Shown here: positions 41,332-55,913 of the stretch, piece by piece | Layout: each line of letters starts with the position of its first letter | Numbering within the stretch: position 1 is the first letter of the stretch | Assembly (NCBI GenBank): GCA_964016885.1 | Contig: OZ024740.1 | Span: 207,576,001 to 207,640,000, forward strand | Direction of reading: 5' to 3' | From: Eledone cirrhosa | Lineage: Eukaryota | DNA length: 64,000 nucleotides | Program-made: the position numbers and the translations under genes | Notes under the pieces: model-generated | Told to the model about the DNA's origin: nothing | Databases searched by the model: none | Seen by the model: only the letters and a program-made list of their open reading frames with translations

Positions 41332-41780
41332 TACTTGAGGCTCTTATGAAATCTCGGCGATAAAAGATGAGATTTTAAAATCATTTTCCTATTATAAGAC
41401 CATGGACTTGAGATTTTCTGTTCATTTTCTTCAAGATTCTTTCCAATAACCTGCTATCAATTTTATATTATTTTTTATCAATATTTTTACCGTAGCTCTG
41501 TGCTATCCATACAGCTTTCTTGTTAAACCGTAGTGATAGTAGTTCTAGAGGTCCGCCGTGTTACTGTTCTACCAAGACCAGATCCAATGACAGCAGTACC
41601 AATCTTTTACTTCAATGAAGCATTATGCCAAATGTTATCAGTGAGAAATCGCATCATTAACTTTCCAGTTTTCTGTTCAATCATCTGAATCAACATCGAC
41701 AGATAAATATTATGACGATAACTCATGATTTTACTTCTGTTTAAGTCTCTGTAATTGTTGCTGTATATGTGTTTATATGC

Positions 41781-41837
<57 letters not shown>

Positions 41838-41888
41838 TATGTAAATATATATATGTATACACACATGCACCCCCCACATACACACACA

Positions 41889-42022
<134 letters not shown>

Positions 42023-42076
42023 ATGTTCTTTATTATGGATTATTACTCGATCTCGCGTCCATCAATACCACACGGA

Positions 42077-42137
<61 letters not shown>

Positions 42138-42227
42138 ACATATATTTGTATGAATTGTTTCATTTAATCGAAATACTTGCTATGACTATAATTACAGAAA
42201 GCTTGGGAGAGAGAGAAAGAAAGAAAT

Positions 42228-42303
<76 letters not shown>

Positions 42304-42961
42304 AAAGGCGTGATAAAGTGTGTGATCAAGTGAGAGTAATGAAACCTATATTATTATATATTATTAATTGTTTTATAAATGTATTCATCATGTGATAGAA
42401 TCATTAAAGTAAATATACCATTATCTCGTGTGGTTGGTGGCTGAAAGCTAGCCAAGATTTCCTGATTGTGTTGGTGAGTGGACTGAAGCCACTGCTAAAC
42501 TAAGCTGGGTTGACTTTGCTTATCAGCCATTCCAGGTTGACAATACATAGACACACATACAAACACACATAGACACATACACACAGATAGACACACACAA
42601 ACACACAAACACATAAACACACACACAAACACACAAACACGCACACACACACACGCACACACATATACACACACACACATATATATATATATATGGAAAA
42701 GAATGAAACGAAATTTCATTTCTCACTCTAAGTACGGCTGATACTTTAATATAAGTATGTATACGTACATACATATATTATACAGACGTACAGTAGTATG
42801 TATGTATATACACATACATGCACACATATATATATGTACGTATGGGTTTACCGAACATTTATTATAATGTTCGGTTTGTTTGTAAACAAACAGCCCGAAT
42901 TGCGCCGTACAGTGTTCGGCAACCATCGTCGCCCTTTTGTTCAACACTGACAAAGGAATGA

Positions 42962-43000
<39 letters not shown>

Positions 43001-43032
43001 AATAATGGAGCTGCGGCGCTGCAAATGGGATA

Positions 43033-43420
43033 CATATGAAAAAGTGAGTCCTTCATCGGTGACCCTCCAACCGTCCTGGGCATTTCATCGCTTTAAGGGC
43101 CATATGCCTCGGGTTGGTGCGAACAACGGCTAAAAAAAGTCGTTGGGACACGTAAATAAAGGGGGACGCCAGAGTAACAACAAAAAAGTTTTAGCGACGG
43201 AAAGTGAGTAGAAATAGACAAGTCCCAGATCTCTATGAATATAAACTCTGTGAAATCGTGAACAAGAGACAAAAGACCATCAAACCTGGTTGAAATGTGA
43301 GCAAGGAAAGAATTTCGCCCAAGTTTGACGGGTCGCACCAACCCGAGGCATATGGCCCTTAAAGCGATGAAATGCCCAGGACGGTTGGAGGGTCACTGAT
43401 GAAGGACTCACTTTTTCATA
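43033..43420. repeat. ~390-bp element with ~88-bp inverted repeats, in (TA)n
   Basis: ATATGAAAAAGTGAGTCC...GGTTGGTGCGA versus TCGCACCAACC...GGACTCACTTTTTCATAT. Confidence 0.85.
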
Positions 43421-43441
43421 TATATATATATATATATATAC

Positions 43442-44283
43442 ACAAATATAAATTAGCGATAATCGTATTTCGGCTTTGGAATTAGCGAAAAACAACTTCC
43501 GAGGTGTGTGGCAAGCGCTCAATAATTCTGACGAACCAGAGCTACAACATACGTTAAAGGCCAAACACACTGAGACGATGGTTAAACCGTCATCCGCACA
43601 GCCATAGAAACGACCAAGTAATTCGAGTCAAACAAATAAAAAAAAATGTAATTGAAAAATTTACCCGGACCCCTGGATGGTTGGTAAAATCCAGCATTTG
43701 GGTTTCTGCGACTCCTAAATCAAGTACTGTCCGCTTAGACAAATAATGTTAGGCTTCTGGTAAGATGATTGAACGAGGAAGTCACTTTCTCAACAGGTTT
43801 TTATTCAAGTGCCCGGCGAGGAATGACCGTTACCGATACCCACGTGGGGCTCGACAAGGGAGGCAACCCTTATTTTTGGCGGATGAAATTCAGTATGTGT
43901 ATATTATTGCAAAAATGCAAAACATCACAAAACGAATTAAGCTCTCAACAGAATGGTTATAAGTTAAAAGCTATTCATCAGTCAATAGAATCAACTAAAA
44001 AAATCAAGAAAATTAACTGGTCAATAGCTAGACTCTGGAGATTAATACAAATATAAATTAGCGAGAATCGTATTTCGGCTTTGGAATTAGCGAAAAACAA
44101 CTTCCGAGATATGTGGCAAGTGCTCAATAATTCTGACGAACCAGAGCTACAACATACGTTAAAGGCCAAACACACTGAGATGATGGTTAAACCGTCATCC
44201 GCACGGCCATAGAAACGACCAAGTAATTCGGGTCAAACAAATAAAAAAATATGTGATTGAAAAATTTACCCGGACCCCTGGAT
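43442..44283 (-). mobile_element. Retrozyme-like 605-bp unit with ~236-bp terminal redundancy, in (TA)n
   Basis: ACAAATATAAATTAGCGA at 43442 and 44047; the repeat ends at CGGACCCCTGGAT. Confidence 0.8.
43663..43798 (-). ncRNA. Type I hammerhead ribozyme with U3-A8 variant core and extended stems II and III
   Basis: ACCTG TTGAGAA a GTGACT-t-CCT...AGG AGTCGC a GAA ACCC aaatg CTGGA..TCCAG GGGT C CGGGT. Stems I, II and III all pair; GUC triplet. Confidence 0.7.
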
Positions 44284-44916
44284 ATATATATATATTTATA
44301 TAAAAATGAGGCTCAAATTGTTGTTTATATATATATTTGCTTATCAGCCATTCCAGGTTGACAATACATAGACACACATACAAACACACATAGACACATA
44401 CACACAGATAGACACACACAAACACATAAACACACACACAAACACACACAAACACACACACACGCACATACACACACACACGCACACACACACACGCACA
44501 TACACACACGCGCACACACACACTCGCACACACATACACACACACATATATATATATATATTTACCGAACATTTATTATAATGTTCGGTTTGTTTGTAAA
44601 CAAACAGCCCGAATTACGCCGTACTGACAAAGGAAAGATGATATATATATATATATATATATCATCGTTCCTTTGTCAGTGTTGAACAAAAGGGCGACGA
44701 TGTACGGCGTAATTCGAGCTGTTTGTTTACAAACAAACCGAACATTATAATAAATGTTCGGTAAACCCATACGTACATATATATATGTGTGCCTGTATGT
44801 ATATATATACATACTACTGTACGTCTGTATACATATATGTATGTACGTATACATACTTATATTTAAGTATCAGCCGTACTAAGAGTGAGAAATGAAATTT
44901 CGTTTTATTCTTTTCC

Positions 44917-44956
<40 letters not shown>

Positions 44957-45499
44957 ATATGTGTGTGCGTGTGTGTGTGCGCGCGTGTGTGTGTGTGTGT
45001 GTATGTGCGTGTGTGTGTGTGTGCGTGTGTGTGTGTATATGCGTGTGTGTGTTTGTGTGTGTGTTTATGTGTTTGTGTGTTTGTGTGTGTCTATCTGTGT
45101 GTATGTGTCTATGTGTGTTTGTATGTGTGTCTATGTATTGTCAACCTGTAATGGCTGATAAGCAAATATATATATATATATAAACAACAATTTAAGCCTC
45201 ATTTTTAAGGCAAATACAATAACAATTTTGGAACACGAACTGACGCGAAATTTATTGTACTTATTCACGTGACAGTCATCAACCAAAAAAAAAAAAAAAA
45301 AAAGCCCCACCAATTCGAGCCACTCTTTCCACATAAAACAGAAAGAAATTTCGGACACGAACCAGATGCGAGATAAACCACAAACCCTCTCAATTCTACA
45401 TTTGAAAAGCATAAATATTCTTAAAAAGACTCCAGTTGTATTTTCGATTTCTTTTCCTCATACTTTCACCCATGTAGGACATCTCGTTTTTTATTTAAA

Positions 45500-46970
45500 A
45501 AAAAACAACTCATTTTCTTATACACACCCACCACACGAGGACCGAATATGCCACCAAAGTCTCAATAAAACGACAACACACTGAACCAGGACATCTTAAA
45601 GGAACTTAAAGAGATCTCCTCCAAGTTTTCATTCTTGACCAACAAAGTGGACCAAATACATATCTACAAAAAAGGACCCCACGAAGAAGGAGAAACTACC
45701 CAGGAGACGGATATTATTTCAATATTAACCAAACTAATCAAAACCATTGAGACAGCAATGCTCTAAAAGCAAAAACAAGCATTAGAACCCAATCTACGAG
45801 AAGTCCACTCAGTGAAAACCACCCTAAACAATATATGGGCTCAAAAACTCAAAGCCCGCAAATTTGTCTTTTGGAATCCCCTAAAAAATAACAGCAAGGC
45901 AGATATATAGAAAACTGGCTAAATTCTACTCCAATCACCCCCCCTCCCCCAAGAAAAACTCCGAATAAAACCCATCCCGAATGAACTAGAAAACCAACAA
46001 AAGCTTAGGGAAAAGATGGCTTTAGAAAAGTTTAAAATAGAAATAGAACTGTTACGGTTAAGAGCCAACTCCAACGAAGAAAAATTCAAGTCACTCGACC
46101 AACAGATGGACAAAGAAATCTGAAGGCACTCTGAAGGCCTACTCTATGAAAAACCTTCAAACTTTGGAAAGAAATTTGTGAGAATGAAGAACTAACATCC
46201 CTCCAGCGATGGGAAAAATCAGCACCTGGTTCAACAACTACGAAATGGATTTCAGAAACAAACACAATTTTTAAAACAAGCTAAAATTCACACATCACAC
46301 TCACAACAAAAAAAAGTAACAAAACGTCAAACATGCCCCCAGCAAAACTATGACGATAATCCCAGAATCCATAGACAAAACTATAACCCTACTAAAAAAA
46401 AACCCAAGTGCCCCCTAACACAAGACAGGACCCGATCCGTAGATCACAACTCTCACAAAACCTGTTCCAAAACCGTAGAACCCAACCCACACAGAACTAG
46501 TTCCAAAATCGTGGATCCCAACCCACACAAAAGAACAAAATTACAACCCGGACCATCCACAAACTGAACCTAAGTACATCCGAAACTTCTATACAAGACC
46601 ACACAATAACAGGGAAAATGCCATTAGATATAGTAATACCCATGAAAAAACAATTCAGAAAGATCATTTTTTAGACCAAGGCTACAGGACACACGACACT
46701 CGGAGGCACAAACCGATTTTGAAAAATCGAAAATATTCAATCTTTCAAATACAAACTTCTCAACCCAAGAAATTAAAATTGTCCCAAAAGGGCTAAAATT
46801 CATACCAACACCACAATACTCTAACCTCAATTAGATAAACGACGATATTTCACACTTCTGTAGAAAATTACGTCTAACAGAAATTTTTTGACAAGGTGAA
46901 TACCGATGAATTAATTGTACGGAATAAAAGCTGCTACAACCCAACAAAGGGCAGGAACAGAGTTTGGACA
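45500..46970 (+). pseudogene. Degenerate N-terminal region of a Penelope-like ORF
   Basis: ~46730-46960 translates KIFNLSNTNFSTQEIKIVPKGLKFIPTP..DDISHFCRKLRLTEIF*..RNKSCYNPTKGR, the NLS..L.KGL.F.PTP..F.R.LRL motif that precedes PLE RTs. Upstream A-rich coding-like sequence has stops. Confidence 0.65.
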
Positions 46971-47390
46971 TTTTGTGACCACATATCAACTTTCCCATAC
47001 CATTTCTACTAATGGATTCATTTTTATTTCTATTATCAAGACGATAATCCACTTTGCTACACTCACACACAGCGACCCGCACACAAATAAAAACATATTT
47101 CTCTTTTCTACTCTGTCACCACAATCGCTGCCGCCACCACTATCGACACAAACATTCAATTTATTTCAATAGAAAGTCTGAATTTTGATACCTCAGCACA
47201 TCAGCCATACTCACTGAACCAGAACTATTTCTACCCCTCCCATTTCTTGACCATTATATTTTGTTTGGCACAACACTTTCTATGACAAACCACCCTTTTC
47301 TGGTACCTATATTATATGGCCATGTGACTGTGAAAATGGCAATAAAGAACCCTCAAACATGAACTGGCGCGGAATTGTTCTTCTCACTGG

Positions 47391-47640
47391 AATTGGAAAT
47401 AGCATGAAAAATATATTTACAGGATCTGTTTTTCTTTTTTCTTCTTTGATCCGTCAAAGTGACATTATTGAAAAAGTGAGAGGAACATTTAAAAAAAAAA
47501 AGGAGTTTTATAATGTATATAAAATATATAAAATATAACCGGTTTCGGTGTATCACTTTTTCAATAATGTCACTTTGACGGATCAAAGAAGAAAAAAGAA
47601 AACCACCCTTAAAATATATTTTTCGTGCTATTTTCCAATT
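47391..47640. repeat. Inverted-arm insertion with a half hammerhead (minus GAAAC CG GTT near 47535-47548)
   Basis: ~90-bp imperfect inverted arms. Confidence 0.7.
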
Positions 47641-47670
47641 TCTCTCTCTCTCCCCTCTCTCCCCTCTCTC

Positions 47671-47755
<85 letters not shown>

Positions 47756-47851
47756 GTAGAAAACCGGGAGATTATATCCGTAGTAAGTACAGCACTCAAT
47801 CCAGAGGACGTGAAACACGCGTCCTCGAGTATGGTTTGCTAATTTGCTGTG

Positions 47852-47974
<123 letters not shown>

Positions 47975-48002
47975 TTATCACATGGTCATCAGATAGAACA
48001 GT

Positions 48003-48054
48003 TCTTGTCTGATGACACAGTATGATATACAGGCGAAACTCCAGAGTAACAAGA
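48003..48054 (+). ncRNA. Type I hammerhead-like motif with partly decayed stem II
   Basis: TCTTGT CTGATGA caca GTAT gat ATAC aggc GAA ACTC ca GAGT A ACAAGA; perfect 6-bp stem I; GUA triplet. Confidence 0.7.
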
Positions 48055-48232
48055 CTCATCACTATTTAACCTTAGAAAAATGATTATTATAACTCTACTT
48101 CGGTATTGAGTACTATAGTTCACCTACGATAATAGTTATAGATATAAACCTACAGATATGATACTATAATTGTGACTTACCCATTAGCTTACCGTAGTTC
48201 TCTTACCTCACCTTTAGCTCATTCAGTCACAC

Positions 48233-51200
48233 TTGCTGGGTAGCTGACCTCTACAACACTACTGTTGCTGGGTAGCTGACCTCTACAACACTACTGTTGT
48301 TGGGTAGCTGACCTCTACAACACTACTGTTGTTGGGTAGCTGACCTCTACAACACTACTGTTGTTGGGTAGCTGACCTCTACAACACTACTGTTGTTGGG
48401 CAACTGACCTCTACAACACTACTGTTGTTGGGCAACTGACCTCTACAACACTACTGTTGCTGGGCAGCTGACTTCTATAACACTACTGTTGTTGGGCAAC
48501 TGACCTCTACAACAGTACTGTTGCTGGGCAGCTGCTTCTACAACACTACTGTTGCTGGGCAGCTGACTTCTACAACACTACTGTTGCTGGGTAGCTGACT
48601 TCTACAACACTACTGTTGCTGGGCAGCTGACTTCTACAACACTACTGTTGCTGGGTAGCTGACTTCTACAACACTACTGTTGCTGGGTAGCTGACTTCTA
48701 CAACACTACTGTTGCTGGGTAGCTGACCTCTACAACACTACTGTTGCTGGGTAGCTGACCTCTACAACACTACTGTTGCTGGGTAGCTGACTTCTATAAC
48801 ACTACTGTTGCTGGGTAGCTGACTTCTACAACACTACTGTTGCTGGGTAGCTGACTTCTACAACACTACTGTTGTTGGGCAACTGACCTCTACAACACTA
48901 CTGTTGCTGGGTAGCTGACCTCTACAACACTACTGTTGCTGGGTAGCTGACTTCTACAACACTACTGTTGTTGGGCAACTGACTTCTACAACACTACTGT
49001 TGCTGGGTAGCTGACCTCTACAACACTACTGTTGTTGGGCAACTGACCTCTATAACACTACTGTTGCTGGGTAGCTGACCTCTACAACACTACTGTTGCT
49101 GGGCAGCTGACTTCTACAACACTACTGTTGTTGGGCAACTGACCTCTACAACACTACTGTTGCTGGGTAGCTGACCTCTACAACACTACTGTTGCTGGGC
49201 AGCTGACTTCTACAACACTACTGTTGCTGGGTAGCTGACCTCTACAACACTACTGTTGCTGGGTAGCTGACCTCTACAACACTACTGTTGCTGGGCAACT
49301 GACCTCTACAACAGTACTGTTGTTGGGCAACTGACCTCTACAACACTACTGTTGCTGGGTAGCTGACTTCTACAACACTACTGTTGCTGGGTAGCTGACC
49401 TCTACAACACTACTGTTGCTGGGTAGCTGACTTCTACAACACTACTGTTGCTGGGCAGCTGACTTCTACAACACTACTGTTGTTGGGCAACTGACCTCTA
49501 CAACACTACTGTTGCTGGGTAGCTGACTTCTACAACACTACTGTTGCTGGGTAGCTGACTTCTACAACACTACTGTTGTTGGGCAACTGACTTCTACAAC
49601 ACTACTGTTGTTGGGCAACTGACCTCTACAACACTACTGTTGCTGGGTAGCTGACCTCTACCACACTACTGTTGCTGGGTAGCTGACTTCTACAACACTA
49701 CTGTTGCTGGGCAACTGACCTCTACAACACTACTGTTGCTGGACAGCTGACTTCTACAACACTACTGTTGTTGGGCAACTGACCTCTACAACACTACTGT
49801 TGCTGGGTAGCTGACTTCTACAACACTACTGTTGTTGGGTAGCTGACCTCTACAACACTACTGTTGCTGGGTAGCCGACTTCTACAACACTACTGTTGCT
49901 GGGCAACTGACCTCTACAACACTACTGTTGCTGGGCAGCTGACTTCTACAACACTACTGTTGTTGGGCAACTGACCTCTACAACACTACTGTTGCTGGGT
50001 AGCTGACTTCTACAACACTACTGTTGCTGGGTAGCTGACCTCTACAACACTACTGTTGCTGGGTAGCTGACTTCTACAACACTACTGTTGCTGGGTAGCT
50101 GACTTCTACAACAGTACTGTTGCTGGGTAGCTGACTTCTACAACACTACTGTTGTTGGGCAACTGACCTCTACAACACTACTGTTGCTGGGCAGCTGACT
50201 TCTATAACACTACTGTTGCTGGGTAGCTGACTTCTACAACACTACTGTTGCTGGGTAGCTGACCTCTACAACACTACTGTTGCTGGGTAGCTGACCTCTA
50301 CAACAGTACGGTTGCTGGGTAGCTGACTTCTACAACACTACTGTTGTTGGGCAACTGACCTCTACAACACTACTGTTGCTGGGCAGCTGACTTCTATAAC
50401 ACTACTGTTGCTGGGTAGCTGACTTCTACAACACTACTGTTGCTGGGTAGCTGACTTCTACAACAGTACTGTTGCTGGGTAGCTGACTTCTACAACACTA
50501 CTGTTGCTGGGTAGCTGACTTCTACAACAGTACTGTTGCTGGGCAACTGACCTCTACAACACTACTGTTGCTGGGTAGCTGACCTCTACAACAGTACGGT
50601 TGCTGGGTAGCTGACTTCTACAACACTACTGTTGTTGGGCAACTGACCTCTACAACACTACTGTTGCTGGGTAGCTGACTTCTACAACACTACTGTTGCT
50701 GGGTAGCTGACCTCTACAACACTACTGTTGCTGGGTAGCTGACTTCTACAACACTACTGTTGTTGGGCAACTGACTTCTACAACACTACTGTTGTTGGGC
50801 AACTGACCTCTACAACACTACTGTTGCTGGGTAGCTGACTTCTACAACACTACTGTTGCTGGGTAGCTGACCTCTACAACACTACTGTTGCTGGGTAGCT
50901 GACCTCTACAACACTACTGTTGTTGGGCAACTGACCTCTACAACACTACTGTTGTTGGGCAACTGACCTCTACAACACTACTGTTGCTGGGTAGCTGACC
51001 TCTACAACACTACTGTTGTTGGGTAGCTGACCTCTACAACACTACTGTTGTTGGGCAACTGACCTCTACAACACTACTGTTGCTGGGTAGCTGACTTCTA
51101 CAACACTACTGTTGTTGGGCAACTGACCTCTACAACACTACTGTTGCTGGGTAGCTGACTTCTACAACACTACTGTTGTTGGGTAGCTGACCTCTACAAC

Positions 51201-52101
51201 ACTACTGTTGTTGGGCAACTGACCCCTACAACAGTACTGTTGCTGGGTAGCTGACTTCTACAACAGTACGGTTGCTGGGTAGCTGACCTCTACAACAATA
51301 CTGTTGCTGGGCAACTGACCTCTACAACAGTACGGTTGCTGGGTAGCTGACTTCTACAACACTACTGTTGCTGGGTAGCTGACCTCTACAACACTACTGT
51401 TGCTGGGTAGCTGACCTCTACAACACTACTGTTGCTGGGTAGCTGACTTCTACAGCACTACTGTTGCTGGGTAGCTGACCTCTACAACATTACTGTTGCT
51501 GGGTAGCTGACCTCTACAACACTACTGTTGCTGGGTAGCTGACTTCTACAACACTACTGTTGTTGGGCAACTGACCTCTACAATACTACTGTTGCTGGGT
51601 AGCTGACCTCTACAACAGTACGGTTGCTGGGTAGCTGACTTCTACAACACTACTGTTCCTGGGTAGCTGACCTCTACAACACTACCGTTGCTGGGTAGCT
51701 GACTTCTACAACACTACTGTTGCTGGGTAGCTGACTTCTACAACACTTCTGTTGCTGGGTAGCTGACTTCTACAACACTACTGTTGCTGGGTAGATGACC
51801 TCTACAACAATACTGTTGCTGGGCAACTGACCTCTACAACAGTACGGTTGCTGGGTAGCTGACTTCTACAACACTACTGTTGCTGGGTAGCTGACCTCTA
51901 CAACACTACTGTTGCTGGGTAGCTGACCTCTACAACACTACTGTTGCTGGGTAGCTGACTTCTACAACACTACTGTTGCTGGGTAGCTGACCTCTACAAC
52001 ACTACTGTTGCTGGGTAGCTGACCTCTACAACACTACTGTTGCTGGGCAACTGACCTCTACAACACTACTGTTGCTGGGCAACTGACCTCTACAACAGTA
52101 C
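48233..52101. repeat. 32-bp minisatellite (CTGTTGCTGGGTAGCTGACYTCTACAACACTA), ~120 copies
   Basis: TAGCTG at 48241 and 48273; no spacers. Confidence 0.97.
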
Positions 52102-52698
52102 ATAATGTTTGCTTCCTGTCTGTTGTATTTTCATTCTCTTGCTATTTTTATTGGGATGTTCCGTATTTTTTATTTCTTTATTTTTTAAATATGAATACAT
52201 TTTTATTCTGGTGTTCTTTTAACCTGACTGTCAGGGTGATCCTTCCTGCGTGTAGCATTGTAATTAATTTTTGAAACCACGTCGTATCTCATGGCAAAGG
52301 CATTATTAGCAGACATTTTCGTTGGGTGATATCTTGCACATATTTTATCTCAAGATGGACGTCAGGATGTGTCGTGTTTTATTGATCAGATATTGCTATC
52401 ACTTCTTGTATAGTGAAGTCGTATTCTTCCAGGTGGGATGCAATGTATTTATCACAGGTTCAGGAGAGGTTACTTTCTCTATTAATGTTCTTGGTATACT
52501 TTAGTTTGTGTGATATGTATTCAAGCTTTATCTTCTGTTGGTATGATAAGTATTTTCCTTTCAGGTTTCTATTTAAATAGATAAGGACAGCTACTTTTAG
52601 GTTACATGCAACCACTGTGCAATAAGTATATTTGTTAAAAGATTCTTCACTTACTCTAAAGAGGATGTTTTTACTGATAAATAGGCTTATAATGTATT

Positions 52699-52864
52699 CA
52701 GTGCTGGATTTACCATTGTCCTTGGGTGTGCTTAAGCACAGGGCTCCGTTGGCCAGGTGGGCCCATCTTCCTGCCCCAAAATTTGTTTATGCGGAATTTT
52801 TCAAATGTTTGTGGTATCATAACTTAACTATCACGGGGCCTCATTTGTCCTAAATCCAGCACTA
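52699..52864. mobile_element. hAT-type MITE
   Basis: TIR CAGTGCTGGATTTA / TAAATCCAGCACTA; 8-bp TSD AATGTATT / AATGTAGT. Confidence 0.75.
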
Positions 52865-53769
52865 AATGTAGTCATTTTTCTATTTACTATTCAGCAGATG
52901 TGTGTGTGATATCGTTTGCCGCCATTCCTTCGTTTAACAAGAATTTCATCGGTGTCACTCTTGATGTGAAAGCTACACGTGGAAGTTAGTACGTTCCTGG
53001 TTTTTTTTATCCAGATTATAAATCTGAATTGTCAAGTCTAATAACCCAAATGCTTGTACTAACATTGACACTACAAAAGCGTTATGGAATATGGTCTAAA
53101 TAAATGCAGACAGCTCTGACTTCTAGAATGTTCAAAGTCTGCTGAACTAGTTCTTGGTCACACTAATTTTACTCACAGCACCAACGTATGCAACATTCTT
53201 ATAAATTGTAAGATACTTATAACTTTCCTCTTCGGAGATAAGAAAGATAGACAGGTCATTGATAACCATATGCATTCTTTATCAACAATTTTCCTCGGTT
53301 GATTACCAAATATGAGCCCTTAGGCTGATCAAACTCCATAACTATGTCCCATGAGTATGTTATAACCAACTGTAGCAGTGAATATTTTCTTAATACAGTG
53401 TATAGTTACCCATAAACAAAAAGGTGTAATATCAAATTTCCTTGTCATTTCCTCAGTAGAACGAACAAGTATTTCACTGACAGCCAGAACAACATTACAG
53501 ACAAGCTGTCACGCTGGAATATTCTTGTTCATCATGTGACTATAGAGTCAAATACTTTCTTATTGTCCAGCCATGCAATAAGGTCCAGAGATATTACTTC
53601 GCTATATTGTTGGCAGTTCTATTGACGAGATGCTGCCTGTCCAGCTCCAGAACTCCTTCTTTCCTCATGCTTGCTCGTCAATCACCACACCCTATGTGTG
53701 TGTATGTATGTACGTGTGCATGTATGTATGCATGTGTGTGTGTGTATGTATATATGCATGTATGTATGT

Positions 53770-53958
53770 AATAATTGCTCCTACTTTTGGCACAAGGCCA
53801 GCAATTATCCCAGTGCATTACTGGTACTTTATTTTATCGACTCCATAAGGATGAAAAGCAACGTTAACCTCGGCGGGATTTGAACTCAGAACGCAAAGGG
53901 CCATAACTCTGTGCTGCAAAGCATGGCGTCCGACCCTCTACCGATATTGCCAATCCAC
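53770..53958 (-). mobile_element. SINE family A
   Basis: Homology to 6864-7056. Confidence 0.85.
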
Positions 53959-54019
53959 GTATATATGTATGTATGCATGTATGTATATATATATATTTAT
54001 ATTTATATATATATATACA

Positions 54020-54184
<165 letters not shown>

Positions 54185-54185
54185 G

Positions 54186-54629
54186 CAAAAGTTTTATTTA
54201 AAATTGTTGGGTTACAACAAGTAAATATTTTATAACTGATTTAAAGCACTCGACAAGTTTTTGGAGTAGATATACGATATTAAACAAATGGAAACTATAT
54301 TTATAAAACCATATTTATTTCATTATACATATTTCAGGGATACCATATTAAAAATATGGCATGCCTTCGTAAGATAAAATACAATATATAAACAGTTTTA
54401 TAAATAATTTTGACGTACCATAATATAAGCGACCATTAAATTAGGAGGCTGCCTCCTAATTTAATGGTCGCTTATATTATGGTACGTCAAAATTATTTAT
54501 AAAACTGTTTATATATTGTATTTTATCTGACGAAGGCATGCCATATTTTTAATATGGTATCCCTGAAATATGTATAATGAAATAAATATAGTTTTATAAA
54601 TATAGTTTCCATTTGTTTAATATCGTATA

Positions 54630-54632
<3 letters not shown>
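54186..54632. mobile_element. Palindromic back-to-back pair of 3' ends of the Naiad-like PLE family; HHR at 54519-54584 (+), mirror copy with CTTACGA core
   Basis: Centre AGGAGGC-T-GCCTCCT at 54450; homologous to ~3745-4015. Fold: TATTTTAT CTGACGA AGG-c-ATGCCATATT ttt AATATGGTAT-c-CCT GAAAT ATGT ATA ATGAAATA. Confidence 0.85.
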
Positions 54633-54690
<58 letters not shown>

Positions 54691-54760
54691 GGGTGTGGTA
54701 AGGAACCAGATGGACCATAACGCACCAGAGTACTCAATACTCAGGGTAGTAGAGTGGGTA

Positions 54761-54863
54761 ATAGGAAAATGTTTGACCCCGACGGCAATTGTCAAGCCAT
54801 TTCGACTGCTATTTCAGAAATAGCCGTCGAAACGGCTTGAGCTCTGCCGTTGGGGTCAAACAT

Positions 54864-54870
<7 letters not shown>
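54761..54870. repeat. ~55-bp-arm imperfect palindrome; related single arm at ~37995-38050
   Basis: GAAAATGTTTGACCCCGACGGCA...GCTATTTC / GAAATAGC...TGCCGTTGGGGTCAAACATTTTC. Confidence 0.75.
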
Positions 54871-54894
<24 letters not shown>

Positions 54895-55141
54895 GCATGT
54901 ATATATGTTCAGCTCCAAAGGGACTGTACATCCAAGCAGACATACATTAATCTCGTTAAGTTGACAAATCTTATCTCTTCTCTCTCACTACACATGTTAA
55001 ACACCACTTTCTGGTTTGTTTGAAATTTAAACGTTTTCTCACTTTCTGGTGTGAACGATTTTCTTGTTATGTTTGATTAGCACCCGCCCCCCACCATACA
55101 AACATGTATGTATGTATATAATACATACATACATACATCAT

Positions 55142-55179
<38 letters not shown>

Positions 55180-55610
55180 TTTTAAAAAAAAAGGAAAAGA
55201 ATGTCTTCACATGTAGTTCTAAACAATTTGATTTTATTTTATAATATTATGTAGATATAGTAATTCTTTGTTAACTTTGGTTAGAATATTTCTAAAGATT
55301 CCTAGAGAACTTTGTCGCATTCGTCGGTGGCGATTTCTCAAACTGAGATCAGGTTGTATTGTGATATGTGACTCTATATATGAGAGAGGTTTGGGTGTGT
55401 CTGGAAGTGGGGGTGGGATGTTAATGAGTTTGGGAGTGAAGGTGTGTTGATAAAGATTTAAAGGAATTAAATCATACACACACACACGCACACACACACA
55501 TATATATATAAAATTGTTTAGAATTACAAGTGAAGTCATTTTTTTCCTTTTTTTAAATATACCTAACTGGACCAAGGATTCCACACATTTTCCAATATAT
55601 ATATACACAC

Positions 55611-55641
<31 letters not shown>

Positions 55642-55913
55642 TGTATGTATGTATGTATGTATGTATGTATGTATGTATGTATGTATGTATGTATGTATAT
55701 TCTTCTGGTTTTATAATTTCACAAATGTTTTCTCAATAGAGAGAGAGTCCGTTTCTAACATAGACACAAGTCTCTCTCATTGGAATTTACACATCAACTA
55801 GGTAGATTATGTATGCATGCATGTGTAGATATGGATGTTATTGTATGTGTGGATGTGTATGTTTTGAGTTGTATGCGTGCATGTGTATATGTTGTATCTG
55901 TACATGTGTATAT

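Noticed and set aside
43520-43635. Plus-strand CTGACGA and minus-strand CTGATGA (~43975) in the 605-nt unit as HHR cores
   Set aside because: Stems I-III could not be completed; the U3-A8 fold at 43663-43798 fits much better.
48233-52101. CRISPR-like array (32-bp, partly palindromic repeats)
   Set aside because: Units are contiguous with no unique spacers, there are no cas genes, and the context is eukaryotic.
52100-53690. Possible highly decayed retroelement coding sequence (also 5850-6350)
   Set aside because: Only vague motif echoes with many stops; cannot be assigned without a translated search.
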